Below are positions 25,801-38,604 of a stretch of 64,000 nucleotides of DNA, piece by piece. The stretch is from the NCBI GenBank assembly GCA_002104905.1, contig MCFE01000161.1, positions 85,348 through 149,347 of the forward strand. The letters are read 5' to 3'. Under the pieces are notes generated by a model, which was given only the letters and a program-made list of their open reading frames with translations, did no database searches and was not told the origin of the DNA. Both the position numbers and the translations under genes were made by a program. Each line of letters begins with the position of its first letter. Position 1 is the first letter of the stretch. The DNA comes from Basidiobolus meristosporus CBS 931.73. Taxonomy: Eukaryota; Fungi; Basidiobolomycota.

Positions 25801-28800
25801 AACCGTCTTATGTCACTTTCCACTCCGCTTTCAGTTCTTGGAACTCAAACGATCGCTCTACAGCATTACCACGCCATCTTCCACGATCTGATAACTCGGT
25901 TTCCTATCAGCGAGCTTGCAGAGGTCGCAGTTTCATTTGTCGATTCAGTCGTCAACTTCCGCAAAGGGAATCTTGCCCATCACCGATTGCGACTTATATA
26001 CCAGCTGATTCACGGAGTATTATTTGACTGCCCAGAGTCACGCCACATACTTGTTAAGGCGGCAGTCGGGTGGATTGAAGAGTACTTGAAGCAACCTATG
26101 ACTGATTATGTCGATTTAGAGCAATGGAGAGAAATGCTTCGATTGAGTTATCTAGTTGTGACTGAAATGCTGGAAAAGATCCATTCCACCCATTACAAAG
26201 GTCGAGGAGACGGGTATCTTACTTCCAACGAGATAGAGCTGGAAGACCCTGACGTAGAGGTTATGTTGAATATCTTGCCACTTCTTTTAGAAGTTTATCA
26301 CCGGCTTCGCCAAGTATCCATGCCTACTACCTTTGATCACACCAGAGCTGCTGCTTCCAAGCATAATTCTGGATTAAGCGGGGCTCTCTCTCCACCTTCT
26401 TCTCCCGACCTGCCGCCGACGGAGTTGTTTGACAGAGGCTCTAATATTCTGGGAGAAACGGCGTCCATGATCTTGACTCTTGTATCGCTGGCATCTACCA
26501 ACCAACTGGAGCGCTTTTTTCGAACTTGTTTGGTTGACACTGGCTCTGAAAAAGGGCTTCAAGTCGTCGTGCTATTACTTGACATCCTTCATTCGACTCT
26601 ATCGGAGAATGCGTTTCCGAAGCATTGGCTTAATATGACGGTACTGTCGCTGAGAATGACTTTTAAAGCGCTTGTTCCTTTGAGCACTGTCCTCAGGCAA
26701 AATCTTGAAACTGACGACCAGTTCTCGGAGCATATAGTTAACATCTGGGTTAAATTTTATACAGTTTTGGCTTTTATCTTGGCCAGTAAACGGCTCAAGA
26801 CTGAAGCCCTTAAGCCTCAGAAGCAGAGTGCCACAATCTATTTACTTCAGGACGTCACTGCTCAAGGGCCCCATCTTCTTAGTGTTATGTGGCAGTGTCT
26901 TGAGACTTTCAAACCTCGGATCGACCCCGATCAATACCGACATATAATTCTTACTCTGTTAGGGCCTATCTTGGATTTAAACCTCACTCTTCACGACGAT
27001 CTGCGTCAACGTGCTCTGGACATACTCTACGCGATACTGCTGTCGGAATACGAGATCAAGAAGGATTTCAAGCATATGGAAGTTGAGTGCTTCGATCGCC
27101 TGGAGCATCTTGTTATGACCGAAACAAAAGGTGATTTGACTACGTACAATCTGTTCGTACAGGGCCTCACTTCCAAAATCGAGGAAGAAATATCCGAGGT
27201 GAGTTTGAACCTCGCACTTGTCAAACTAGTGGATTCCTTGGATAAGTTCTTGGAATTGCTGCTGAACGTGAGGGATCTCCCGAACGAAGCTCAGTATGAA
27301 GATGAAAGACTCATGGGCACAATGAAACTGCTCAAATTCATCAAGATCATGAACCAGGACGAGATCTACATCAAGTACGTTCATCAATTGGTCGATATGC
27401 ACATTCAGAGTCAGAATTTCACGGAGGCGGGAGTCACCCTAAAACTCCATGTTGATCTCTTGGACTGGACTTCGAAGAACCATTTGGAAGCCATGGCCAG
27501 CCTCGGCCTTCCTTCGCAAACCACATTTGAGCGAAAGGAGTTGTTGTTAACGAAAATTCTCAACTACTTCAATGAGGGACAAGCGTGGGAGCATGGCATA
27601 GATGTCTGCAAGGAGTTGACATATCAGTATGAACACGTCATATTCGACTATGGCAAACTAGCATCCATCCTGCGTACAAGAGCTCAGCTCTACGAAAACA
27701 TATTACACAAGGAGCGATACTACAGTGAATATTTCAGAGTTGGGTTTTACGGAAAAGGATTTCCGATCAGTGTTCGAAATAAGCAGTACATCTATCGAGG
27801 TCTGGCTTGGGAGAAGATTAGCGCATTCTGTGATAGAATCCAGAACAAGCACCCCTCTGCTCAGCTGCTAAATTCCAATGGAGCACCCTCGGAGGCCATT
27901 CTCAACTCGAATGGGCAATATCTTCAAATAACCGCGGTTACCCCCGAGCCCAATCTGCAGCTTTCTGTGTTCCAACAATCGAGCCTTGCCCCAGGGCCTA
28001 TCCGTGAGTATTACGAGGCCAACGAAGTGAATACATTTAGCTTCTGCAGACCTGTCAAGAAATCCGCTACTGGTGAGATGGCATCACCCAGGAATAGCAC
28101 TTTGCTAGGCAGCAAACTAAATGCCGGTGGTAACAAGCAAGTGACTGCACCAGGAGGTACTGACCAGGTCAACGAGTTTCTAATGCTATGGACAGAGAAG
28201 ACCATTTTTGCCACCGAATCCAAATTCCCCTCGCTACTTCGCCGCGCAGAGGTTATTTCAATAGTCACGAAAGAACAATCCCCAGTAGAAAACGCTGTAG
28301 CGGCCATGGAGAGCAAAACCAAGGAGCTTTCGCATTTGGAGAAGAAGTATCAACAATACGTTGGCACTGACACCTCCAAAGTAAACAGCAACCCCCTGGC
28401 AATGGCGTTGAATGGGGCCATTGACGCGGCTGTTAACGGTGGTGTTTCAATGTACAAGCGGGCATTCTTGACCAGTGATTTTATCCAGCAAAACCCCGAA
28501 ACGGAAGAGATGGTGGAAAAACTGGACCAACTTATAGACGAGCAGGTGAGACCCTTGGATTGGTGGATGTTCAACAACCGAGATCTTACATTTCCTTTTT
28601 CCTAGACATTGGTCATACAGAGTTGTCTTGAGATCCACAATCATATTGCGCCCTCAGAGATGAGGCCACTTCACGAAAATTTAGACACGTGTAAGTATCT
28701 CTGTAGACATTGCATACTGGAAATGTTTTGGTAACTTTGTGCGGTAGTGTTCCGGAAGAATTTCGCCAATGAATTGACAAGGATAACTGCCAAGAAACCC

Positions 28801-29310
28801 ACGCTCGGTCTGTATCAGCCCCCGATCCCTGTGGATGCATCCAACTCGCAGATGACTAGTCAAACCACCCCTCTCCCCAATACGTCATTGTCGAACCCAC
28901 ACAAACTCACAGGGAGCACTCAAAGCCTACAATTAGATAAGCGAGATAGCCAGCTCTCCGACCTGAGCGGCTTCGACCCTGCGCTAGCACTGTCTTCCCC
29001 AGCGTCTCAATCAGCTGAAAATACTAGCCCACCCACTCGTAGCTCTAACCCCTTCACTAATGCACTTAAACGCTTGTCTGGTGGCTCAACCACCACTTGT
29101 AGCAGTATGGATGGAATTGATATCGACTACCAAAGTCTAACAGCTACATGCTCTCCCTCCCTCGCCACCACCAGCTTCACCAACCCAGCAGACTTGCCCA
29201 ATCTCGGGAAAAAAAGCAGATGGTCACTCAAAAAGTACCGAGCACTGCTGGAACGCCATTTGGCCACAAGCAGTCCCACAACAACTACGACCGAAAGCAC
29301 GCACTCTTAA
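22867..29310 (+). CDS. DOCK-family Rho/Rac GEF (SH3, C2/DHR1, DHR2), with short introns near the 3' end
   Basis: N-terminal SH3 (LEVGDIVYAYEQLGGWFKGY...GIFPANHVQ), C2 (YHSNNPRWDESIKI..HIFFTFRH) and DHR2 (YFRVGFYGKGFP...ALNGAIDAAVNGG..Y..AF). ATG at 22867; intron 28546-28605 and a second intron at ~28692-28747. Confidence 0.95.
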
Positions 29311-30212
29311 GACAAGCCGTGCTTACACACCGACCAATAGCCATTTATAATCCCATTTTCGACCATGATAATCGGTTCTAGGACCATCAACAACCTCTCT
29401 TCATGTAGCATTTACAGGCACCCGCCGGCCTAATCCGTTGTAATTTCACCCTAATTCCCACTTTCGTAAAGCCTTCAACCTACCATTTGGACCGATTTTC
29501 TGCAACCCGATACCCACCTCTCACCCCTGCCCCATAGTTAGCCCGTATTTTGAAATCGATCCATGTTCACCTCTAGCAATGGCAATCAGACCCGTAAATT
29601 AATTTCTCTAAAACCAATCTGTGCGTCCGTTTGGTTCTCAGCCACCCCATTTCAGCATGAGCCGAGATCCATCGAATATACTGGGTACTTGCGAATAAAC
29701 CAACGGTGCTCTTGAGTAACCCAACCAGGTAAACTGCATTTCAATCTGGCCTGGTGGGCCAATATGCATGTGGATCCTCCAAGATCCCAATTCCTTGAAC
29801 CTCATTTGCGACGCTGTGATAAGGAAGTTGGATGATCTACTGACTTTCAGGGTCGAATTGGTGGTTCCTCATTTGTCTCGGTTGATTGGATCCCATTTTG
29901 AGACTACTCCGGCCTGAAACAAATGTTATAGGAAAATCCTTTCCACATGTCCTCTCGCTTGTTTCCGTGAGCCATCTGCACAACATGTGTTTCGTGCTCG
30001 GATTCTCGCCCTACTGGCGGTTGCCATGAATAGACGCTGAAGGATCCCCTTGATGATCCCGATTTGTTTCTTCCGTCCGGTTTCATCACTGGCTGGGTAT
30101 TGGTAAAGGGAATGGAGTGTCTGGCACATTGTTTCCGCTTACGTATTTCCATTGAGAAACAAGTTTGATTCAACACTCTAAGGAACCCCGAAATCGAGCG
30201 GCCTCGTAGCCC

Positions 30213-30220
30213 TATATAAA
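30213..30220 (+). promoter_or_regulatory. TATA box upstream of small ORF
   Basis: TATATAAA in GC-rich context, about 115 nt upstream of the ATG at 30335. Confidence 0.5.
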
Positions 30221-30334
30221 GGAGCACGGCCAAGGAGGTTTCAAGGCAACTGTGCTAATCTACCATTAAAAGCCTTGGATAGCATCCGCACCACGACGAA
30301 CCTTCTTTTCCTTATTCGTTTCTGGCTCATTTAA

Positions 30335-30574
30335 ATGGAAACCATCTACATCACCTCCATGGTTGGCGAGAAACCCAGGTATATCCCTGAGATATACCCC
30401 ACATCCCTTCTCCAGCAACCAAAGACCCCTCATCATCGGAAAAGTTGTCACTTTCCTGGCCCCGAACCCTTCCCAATAGATGCACTCCCCCGGTCCGTCG
30501 CACGCTCCGCGACCTGGCCTCGCATGAAGATGACCCAATCCCTGGAATCCATTACTGAAGATCCGCAAGAATAG
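30335..30574 (+). CDS. Small (79 aa) Pro/Ser-rich, probably disordered protein
   Basis: ATG-started ORF with an upstream TATA box and an A at -3. No domain recognised. Confidence 0.45.
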   Translation: METIYITSMVGEKPRYIPEIYPTSLLQQPKTPHHRKSCHFPGPEPFPIDALPRSVARSATWPRMKMTQSLESITEDPQE

Positions 30575-31148
30575 TGAAAACGTGACCACCGATTTTCTTG
30601 CCAATTCCCCTCCTCCAGTCACGTGAATTCACTCACATCGTGCTTAGAAATCATCCATGCAACGTATCATTTCGGACCATCGCCAGACAAACCATGTTTT
30701 TAAGAGCCATATATATTTTGCTATTTGTGTGTGGAGGGGGAGGAAGGTAGGAGTTAGGGCCTCAGGGAACCGAGCCCCAACACTACCCCTATCGCTACTG
30801 TGCTAATGGCAAGTATGTGTTGTAGCCCCATGCACCGTCTCCCACCCCCCATACATCTCCTTAACGGCCTTATGAAAAGCACCAGGAATCCATATATTAC
30901 CATCATTGCTAGAAAATAAATAGAGATGTTCATCCAGGCGTATGTCGGCTGAGATATGGCTTGTAAACTGACCACCCAGCCTCGTTGGGAACCAGTCGCC
31001 CAGCTCGGTTTCCTCCAACAACCATTGGACAGCTCATGACTGCCAGGCCCCCTCCTTCAAGAGATATACATGGTGTGTTTATTGAAATGTTGATCTTTGA
31101 TATTAGTTGGATGTACAGGGATGGTATATAAGCGCGATTCTTCGGTCA

Positions 31149-32812
31149 TTATAGGATGCCACTATCTCTGAGTGCGTTCTGAAGTATCGTTTCTTTGACG
31201 GCTGCAAATACAATTCTGAAAGCCCCCGAGGTGAGTCAGTACTGGCTTCAATGACAAGCTCGATTGTCTGGCCACTTACCTTATCTGCGTTGCGATTCCA
31301 GAGCAAAGGGGGCATGCGAGGGAAGAGGTTAGAGATGGGGGAGATGTATGGTTGTGGCGGGGGATGTGTACAAACCTTGGATGTGTCGGTTGCTTGTGTG
31401 AGACTAGTGAAGGTGAATGTTGGTTAACTCAGGGTAAACAGGTGGATAGCTCGGGATGGACTTACTGTGGATATATATTGAGCTTCGCTCGATTGGTCTG
31501 TGTGAATCTCCAGAGAATGTATTTGGCAGCTTTGGTGATATCAGGACCACCTACAAAAGTCTCCGGGGTTAGCGCTCGTCAATGTGCGGGAAGTGCATGC
31601 CGAGGCCCATACCGGTATACTCTGGGAAATAGTTCTCAAGGGGTACTCGAGGAAGTTTCTCTCGGAATAGATCAATCTTGTTCAAAAAGAAAATGACCGA
31701 CGTGCGCAAGAACCATCGGCTGTTCACCACCGACTCGAACAGGGTGATGCTCTCGATCATCCGGTTCTGTGAAGAACAATCAGTACGTCTCCGTGGTTGG
31801 GAGGTGGGGTTCCGCATGCGCGGTGTTACCTGCTCCGACTCCTCCAATAGAACTTGGTCATATTCGCTCAGCGCCACGCAAAAAATAATGGAGGTGACAG
31901 CCTCAAAGCAATGGATCCATTTCTTCCTCTCGGACCGTTGCCCGCCAACGTCGAACATGCTACCAAGAAATCGGGTTACCTCAGTGAAATCAAACATCCG
32001 GTAAAGAGAACCTCCTACTGTATATTAAGCTGGCCCATGTTGAACCGGGTCTCGATGATGCCAGTGGTCTTCGTCCGTGCCCTCAGCGCATCTGCCTCGT
32101 TGGGGATGTAGTTGGGGGATCCGATCCGTCGAACGTGACTAAAAAAACTGGTTGCAATGGATGAGAACCCAGTGACGATCGCGCACGGGGCATTCGTGTG
32201 CTGTACTTACTACGTGGCGGAGTCCATCAGATAGAACTCGCTCTGCCGATCCAGTAAACTTGCGACCACCGGATCTTTCCACAACGAATCTATGGCTTCC
32301 ACAAGGTCGGGCGTGAGCTTCAAGGCGTACGCCCCCTCGTAGCTCACGTCAAGTACCAGCCTAGCGTAATCCTACACCCACGATCAGTCACCCAACCTAC
32401 ACTACTCTGCCCTCAACACCAGCGTACCTTGTTTTTCGGCTCGAAAGGCTCCAGGTCGAACTTTCTCAACGCGGAGACGAGGCTCTGCGCGGAGTCCACT
32501 ATATTCTTGAATATCGTCACTCGAAATAGGGACAGCTCTTCGGTGGTATATCCATTCTGGTGGATGATTTTCATCTGCTTCACGATAGTGGACTTTCCCG
32601 ATTCTCCGCTTCCTAGATGAGAAGAGTGGAGGTGAGGTGAGGTGAGGGTTGATAGAGGGTCGGAGGTGTCGGGGCCATAGCACGTATTACCAACCTAATA
32701 GAAGGATTTTGCATTCCTTATTGATCCTTCGGTTGTCCACCTCTATCAGCCTGTCGATGGCTGTACTTCGTTCACGAGCCTCTCTTTCTTCTTGAGATAG
32801 ACAAACCCCCAT
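31149..32812 (-). CDS. Heterotrimeric G-protein alpha subunit (fungal group I / Gi-like), multi-exon
   Basis: MGVCLS acylation N-terminus; [18 protein letters not shown]; RARTKTTGI; [17 protein letters not shown]; FLNKIDLF; C-terminus [15 protein letters not shown]. Confidence 0.97.
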
Positions 32813-33709
32813 AGTTGAGGAAAAACAAGTGGGGTGAGGGAAGGGGGTGAGTTGCGATATCAAGAGATAGTTTTGATTGGTTGGGGTCAAGCGTGTAGCC
32901 TTCCGGGATACGATGAGCGAGGGAGGGTCGACAAGGTGTAGGGTATGTAGTGTGGTGGCGTGATTAAACTAACTAGTCAAGTTGCCATCAAGGCCTGAAA
33001 AATGGACGGGAATAAGGGTAGGTCAACTGACCCCGAAGAAAGGATAGTGAGATGGACGTAGAGGTTGTAGGCTGGAGACCAATTCAAGGGTATCAGGTTG
33101 TTGAATGGAAAGCCAGAAGGTAGCGTACACTACTACTAATATTCCAAACGCCCTCGTGCCTTTTCCTTAGCTGTATTGGGGCACTCTGACACAGTGGATA
33201 GCTTTGTTAAGAAAAGAAACAAAACTCAGTGAATTGCCAAAGGAGTGGGTGAGCGGATGAAGAAGCTACAAAATGGGTGAGGCTTGGATGTTGAGCCAGG
33301 AATCAAGGAAAATCCCACCAGGAATTAGCATGGTTTACGAAGCTAAAACCATCGGATTTCCAAGGATCGATTGCCATACTTGTGCTCATTTCCAAATGAT
33401 ATATATCCTCTTTAGGCAGTGCCACTTCAACCGCCATCCATCATTCCTTAATCAAGCACGAAGGCCTCAATTAGTGTAACTTGTGCTGCCTGATGGCCAT
33501 TATATTTGACCCACCCTCAACCAGATGTTCGTTGATTATTTGTTCAATAGTGAATGGGATGGCTCCACTGGAACGTAGAATGGTATTCTAACCACCCCGA
33601 TCGCATAGACCACTGGTTCATTTTGTATTTATTTATATCTTGATATTGGCCAATTAAATGGCTGATGGATGAGTGAATGCACATGTTTTGGTAGAAAGAG
33701 TAGGAGCGC

Positions 33710-35188
33710 CTAACGCAAGGTGACATTCAATTGCGCAGCAACTCGGGAACGAACTGTCTCTTGAATAGCGTTGATTTCCTCGTTGGTCACATTTCTAGCG
33801 ATAAAAGCAGCGTCAGTTGGGCTCTAGAATGAATGGCTATTAAAGCGTTACCTGTCCATGGAGCGGTAGTTGATGCGGTAGCACAGGCTCTGCTTCTTGG
33901 TCTTCGGGTGAGTGAAATCGTCCACCTAGAGCAGCTAGCAGTGAGTTGCGAATCCGGTTGTGGAGAACATCATCAAGCAACTTACCAGTTTGACGTCCTC
34001 GACCAAATCTTCGGCAATATCGCGGATCAACTCACAGAAGTCGTTTTCATGGAATGCTTCGTTGACCCAGAAACTAATGTCCTTTGTACAGGACGGATGC
34101 TTCGAGAATGGCTTGAACTTCACAATCTCCTTGCTCTGGAATTGGCTCAAAAAGCGCTCATCCTGGCTCCAGAAGAGGCGGATATCCGGGATTCCGAAAA
34201 GCACCATGGCAAGTCGCTCCAATCCGAGCCCGAACGCCCATCCGATCTTGTCACCTTGGCCGGCGTTGTTCAAGATTTCTTGTTTGATCACACCGCACCC
34301 ATATACCTCTAGCCATTGACCCTTGTAGAAGATCTCCATCTCCCAACTTGGGCTAGTGAATGGGAAGTATGCGTCAATCCAACGAACCTGAAGGTCTTTT
34401 TCGTCGCTGAACAGTTTGCGCACCATGGAGTTCAGCGAGTGCTTCAAGTGAGCAATGGTGGCTAGCGCTGCCTCCTCCGAATGACAGGCTTGCAATGGAT
34501 TTTCGGGAGTGATGACAGTGTCGTCCTGCGTGCTAATTCCGGCCACGTTATCCTCACCGAACAGCGCGGCCTGGGCCTTGATATCCGCGTGAATCTGCTC
34601 CACCGCATTGTTCATATCGAAGATTTGCGCGCCTTCCATCTGATGGAATACCGGATAATGACTGGCATCGATTTCGTCCCGACGATAAACATCGGCGGCT
34701 ACCAGGAATTTGTCGCATCCGCTGCTCAAGATACTGGACTGGTGGGCAGAGGTGTGAGTACGGAGCATGGTGCTATTGTTGAGGTAGTATGTATCGGTCA
34801 ATGCTCTGCCAGGATGTCCGGGTGGAATCAGTAAATCGTCGAAGTTCTGTTTAGTAGTCACAACTGGGCTAAAGGTATCGAACTTATCGAAACTAGGGTA
34901 TTTGGAGTAAATAAGCGACTTTATGATCCCTATGGGGTGCTCTGGAATGTTGTGTAGGTTCCGGCCCACCTTGGATAAGATGGAGGGGGTCACATTGGTG
35001 GATTCGTCCGCGGGATATGTTTTCCCCTCAAGCTTAACTTGCTCCTTGGTCACCTCAGGAGTCTCCAACAACGTGGAAGAGTATCTTCTGGATACGCCTA
35101 GGAGGCCTGTGGTTCTGCGTAGGGTCAAAAGGGTTGTTTGTTTCAATCCCCCGTAGGGGATACGACAAGCTTGATACATGAATGCCAT
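33710..35188 (-). CDS. MSF1: Mitochondrial phenylalanyl-tRNA synthetase, 3 exons
   Basis: Presequence-like N-terminus; LRTHTSAHQ; YRRDEIDASHYPVFHQMEG; YFPFTSPSWEME; WAFGLGLERLAM; ferredoxin-fold tail SLCYRINYRSMDR...NEEINAIQ in the downstream exons. Confidence 0.96.
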
Positions 35189-35436
35189 GCTAGAATGCTT
35201 CGAAGAGACAAATTTTTTAGCCGGCTTGATAAATTGAATAAATCCAATGGAGCGAATTTTTTGTAGTCAAGCATGATCCGGAAACATATCGGGGCAATGG
35301 GATCTGTGCCGAATCAAATTGTTTAGTGTGGTGGGCGACTAATCTATTGTCAGCTCAGTTTAACCTTATGATTAAAAGCCGAGGATTTATTGACTGCATA
35401 CATGTAAAGGCGGAAGCCAGGTACACCCAAGCTGAT

Positions 35437-36255
35437 TTAACTGAAAATAAACGATACGATGTAGAAGAAGATGATGATGGCGAGGAGGACTGCCGCTACG
35501 CTGAGGATAGGATGTTTGTACAGGTAGAGCTCTTGCAACTGCTTCAAGTAGTTAATAATGACCTTTCCAGAAAGTTTACTCTCGCCAACAGTACGAACGC
35601 CAAACATGATAGGAACCTCGGCGTGTTTGCGGATCTCTGACTTGACATAAAGCTCCAAACAGATCTTGAATCCGATGGAATTAACGTTACGAGCACGACG
35701 GTAGGCTTCGCGGCGAATGGAGAAGAACCCGGTCATAGGATCCGACAGAGGGGTCAAAGGACGTGCCATGAGACGAGCACCCTTAGAGACGACTTGACGG
35801 TAAAGTGGCCAGTTTTCATCGACAACGAATTCGTCGGCAGCATAACGGGTGCCAATAGCAAACTCAGCCCCGCTCTTAGCGGCATCAATAGCCTGCAACA
35901 TCTCTGGAACCTTCTCAGGAGGATGTTGAAGATCGGCATCCATACATAGGAGAAGTTCACCCTGGGCTTCATTGAAACCTCTCAAAACCGCACTGGAGAG
36001 GCCACGTTCAGTGGTTCTAACGATAACGCGAACTGGGTATCCTTCGCTGGCAAGCTTGTTCACAAGTTCTTCGGTTCCATCTCGAGAGTTATCATCCACA
36101 ATAATAATCTCGGTGGTATTTTCCATCTGGTTTTCCTGCAGGGCAGCATACACTCGCTTGGTAAGCTGTTCGATGTTGCCAACTTCACGGAATGTTGGGA
36201 CTACAACGGAGGCCTCGGTGGGGCCAGTGGCGGACTTCTTACTGCGTTCGGTCAT
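35437..36255 (-). CDS. DPM1: Dolichol-phosphate mannosyltransferase (GT2) with C-terminal TM anchor, single exon
   Basis: VVVPTFRE..NI; IIVDDNSRDGT; RGLSSAVLRGF; MDADLQHPPE; SDPMTGFF; GFKICLEL; R..GESKL; hydrophobic C-terminus. Confidence 0.93.
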   Translation of the reverse strand: MTERSKKSATGPTEASVVVPTFREVGNIEQLTKRVYAALQENQMENTTEIIIVDDNSRDGTEELVNKLASEGYPVRVIVRTTERGLSSAVLRGFNEAQGELLLCMDADLQHPPEKVPEMLQAIDAAKSGAEFAIGTRYAADEFVVDENWPLYRQVVSKGARLMARPLTPLSDPMTGFFSIRREAYRRARNVNSIGFKICLELYVKSEIRKHAEVPIMFGVRTVGESKLSGKVIINYLKQLQELYLYKHPILSVAAVLLAIIIFFYIVSFIFS

Positions 36256-36830
36256 GGTTTTTTAGTATCAACTTACCAAGCTGTGAAGTGAGCTTGCGTT
36301 ATTCACCTAATCACAGTGAGAAATTGACCAGCAGTATCTGACTCGGGGTCTGGATTGACCAAAACAAATAAGTCTCCATTTAGGTCAGATTTGGAGTGGG
36401 AATTTACAAACATTACAATCCAATAAGCATATAAACCAACGTATCATATGTACAAGCACACGCTCCCCCACGTAGTCGAATAGGTTGTAACAGGGGGAGA
36501 GTCAGGTACGCTCGTATTGAAATTATTGTCACGCATCATTTTCACTCGTTCTGCGTTGGATTTCGGCCTTGAAACCCATAGCCGTCAAATGCGGATTTCA
36601 ACCAAAAGCCTAGTTACCCCATTAGTGCTTTAACGAACAGTGGGACTTTGAGAAAAATCAACGTCACAAAATAATTCATGATCTAGACGGCGTCATTGGC
36701 TGGAATAGTGCCATGCATTAAGGATGGTTGATCATTCGAGAGTAATGACGTGTTGTTGAACAGCAATTAACAATGACATTCCCTCATTCCTGACTTAATC
36801 ACTGATAATGGTAGACGGAAGATGTATATG

Positions 36831-36846
36831 TATATATATATATATA
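36831..36846. repeat. (TA)8 microsatellite
   Basis: Read directly. Confidence 0.9.
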
Positions 36847-36904
36847 TGGCGACAGTTTCTTTCTCCATTGATGACGCTTCTGGTAAATGTGTCGAGATGG
36901 ACAA

Positions 36905-36928
36905 TAACCCTAACCCTAACCCTACCCT
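36905..36928. repeat. Short interstitial telomere-type repeat (TAACCC)3 plus one degenerate unit
   Basis: taaccctaaccctaaccctaccct, equal to (TTAGGG)n on the minus strand. Confidence 0.8.
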
Positions 36929-37031
36929 ACATTTTGGAGAAACCCGCCGCCCACTGGCATTAAATAGATAGTAGATGGCTCAGTTGGAAGTTAGTTTTAC
37001 TTAAATAGACAATGGAAGAGCAGGTCGACTA

Positions 37032-37710
37032 ATGGCCTTGATCATTGCTGGGGAAGGACTAAGCTTTGCAGTGGGGTTTTGGCTCAAGGAGGATTTACAG
37101 GTACGGCAGCGTGTTCAAACTCAGCCACGATCATGTGTACGTTTGTTCTCTAGCTGTGCTCCTCTACTCTGCTGCTTTTACCTGGACTACAGCTAGCTTC
37201 GGCTGACCTGGAAATAACTTCTAGAAACGGTATATCCAGAGTGATGCGATTGGTTTGCGCCCTAGTACTGGCATTCATGTTGGGGCTGGGGTTAAACGTT
37301 GGTTCACAAGCGTGAGGTGCATTTGATCCAGGAGCGCTAGAAAGTGAGACCTGTACGCCTATCAGCTCTCTGTGGGATATTTTACTGATCCTTATATGCA
37401 GGGGAATACAGTATATCACTTTTTATACCAACAGGCAGTCGTCTTTGCCAGCTACATGGTCTCATACTTCCTTGCTAAGGTGATGGATGTCACAATCTCC
37501 ATGGCTATCTCCCCACCTGTATTACCAATCAATTTGGCTCCGGGCCGGTGCTGGCTGCGGTCTTGATCCTGGTTCCAGAATGCTTGGGAGTCCGAGGAAT
37601 CCCGCCGGCATTTAGGCAGGAGCTTGATTTTCGAAAGGTGATGGTGGGCTAAATCATCGCCATGGAGTTGCTCATGGTTTCGTTGGTGGCGTATCCTTGA
37701 GGGAAGAGGT
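37032..37710 (+). pseudogene. PRM10: ThrE/PRM10-family membrane exporter pseudogene (C-terminal half only)
   Basis: Piecewise translation: LLLPGLQLASADLEITSRNGISRVMRLVCALVLAFMLGLGLNVG, then an in-frame TGA; CTPISSLWDILLIL; ASYMVSYFL; AAVLILVPECLGVRG; SLVAYP*GKR. Several stops and frameshifts. Family recognised from memory of its motifs. Confidence 0.65.
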
Positions 37711-38604
37711 ACACCGAACTGTTCATGTTTAATAAATCATTCGTTTCATGTGTAATATTCCTCCATTTGCATCTACACATATCCATCCGATAAAGGAATA
37801 TCCAAGGAACAGCCTTCTCAAACATAGTTATGTTAGGGTTTGGCTTCAAAACTGCTTGGTGAACACCAAGTATGGCTACTGAGAATCATATGTGATCTCT
37901 CCACGTAACCCTCACAACAGAGGGTGGGAAATGTTCGGGGATTAGGGTTCGCTCAACTTTGAGCTTACACATATGCCTCGAATCCAGAGCCACCTCACCA
38001 TTATAGATTCCAAGATTCAAGCCACGTGTGCTGCTGAAGGCCAACCAGAGTACAAAGGTCAAATAATCCCACTTTTGGAATGCTTCTATCACTCTAGTTC
38101 ATACAGGCCAAGCCGTACAAATGGCTGGTGCCGATATTGCATAGTAGAGAGCATCGCTATCTCCTGATCCCTGAAATACTCGGGCGGCTACCTTGTACAC
38201 TATCCAGCAACGTATTTTGAATGAAGCATTTCTACATCAGATTGAATTGAAACACACCTATATAAAGTGCGTATACATATATATATATATACATACATTG
38301 CTACTCTTTGAATGACGTCAACCTCGAATATACTTATTCCAGCTCAGATGTTTATGAAGAAGCAAACCAACTATGGCTCTGCTTCACTATACCGTTGAAT
38401 TTAGACCGCGTCATCATGAGAAATATGATAGACCAGTTTTGTAGGGTTAGTTCTTGGTGGGGCACCCAAATTATCCACCGTGATATTGGTCAGTCATGCT
38501 GATGGCCATGCGTCTGATCGGTGTAGTCGTAATGTGAACCTTGCCTTATGCATATATAAACGAGATTCCTCACTGACCAGACCAAAATCACTCTGGAGAA
38601 CATC

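Noticed and set aside
18164-36265. Numerous 60-175-aa ORFs antisense to or overlapping XDH, DOCK, MSF1 and DPM1
   Set aside because: These are shadow ORFs of long coding sequences, with no independent motifs.
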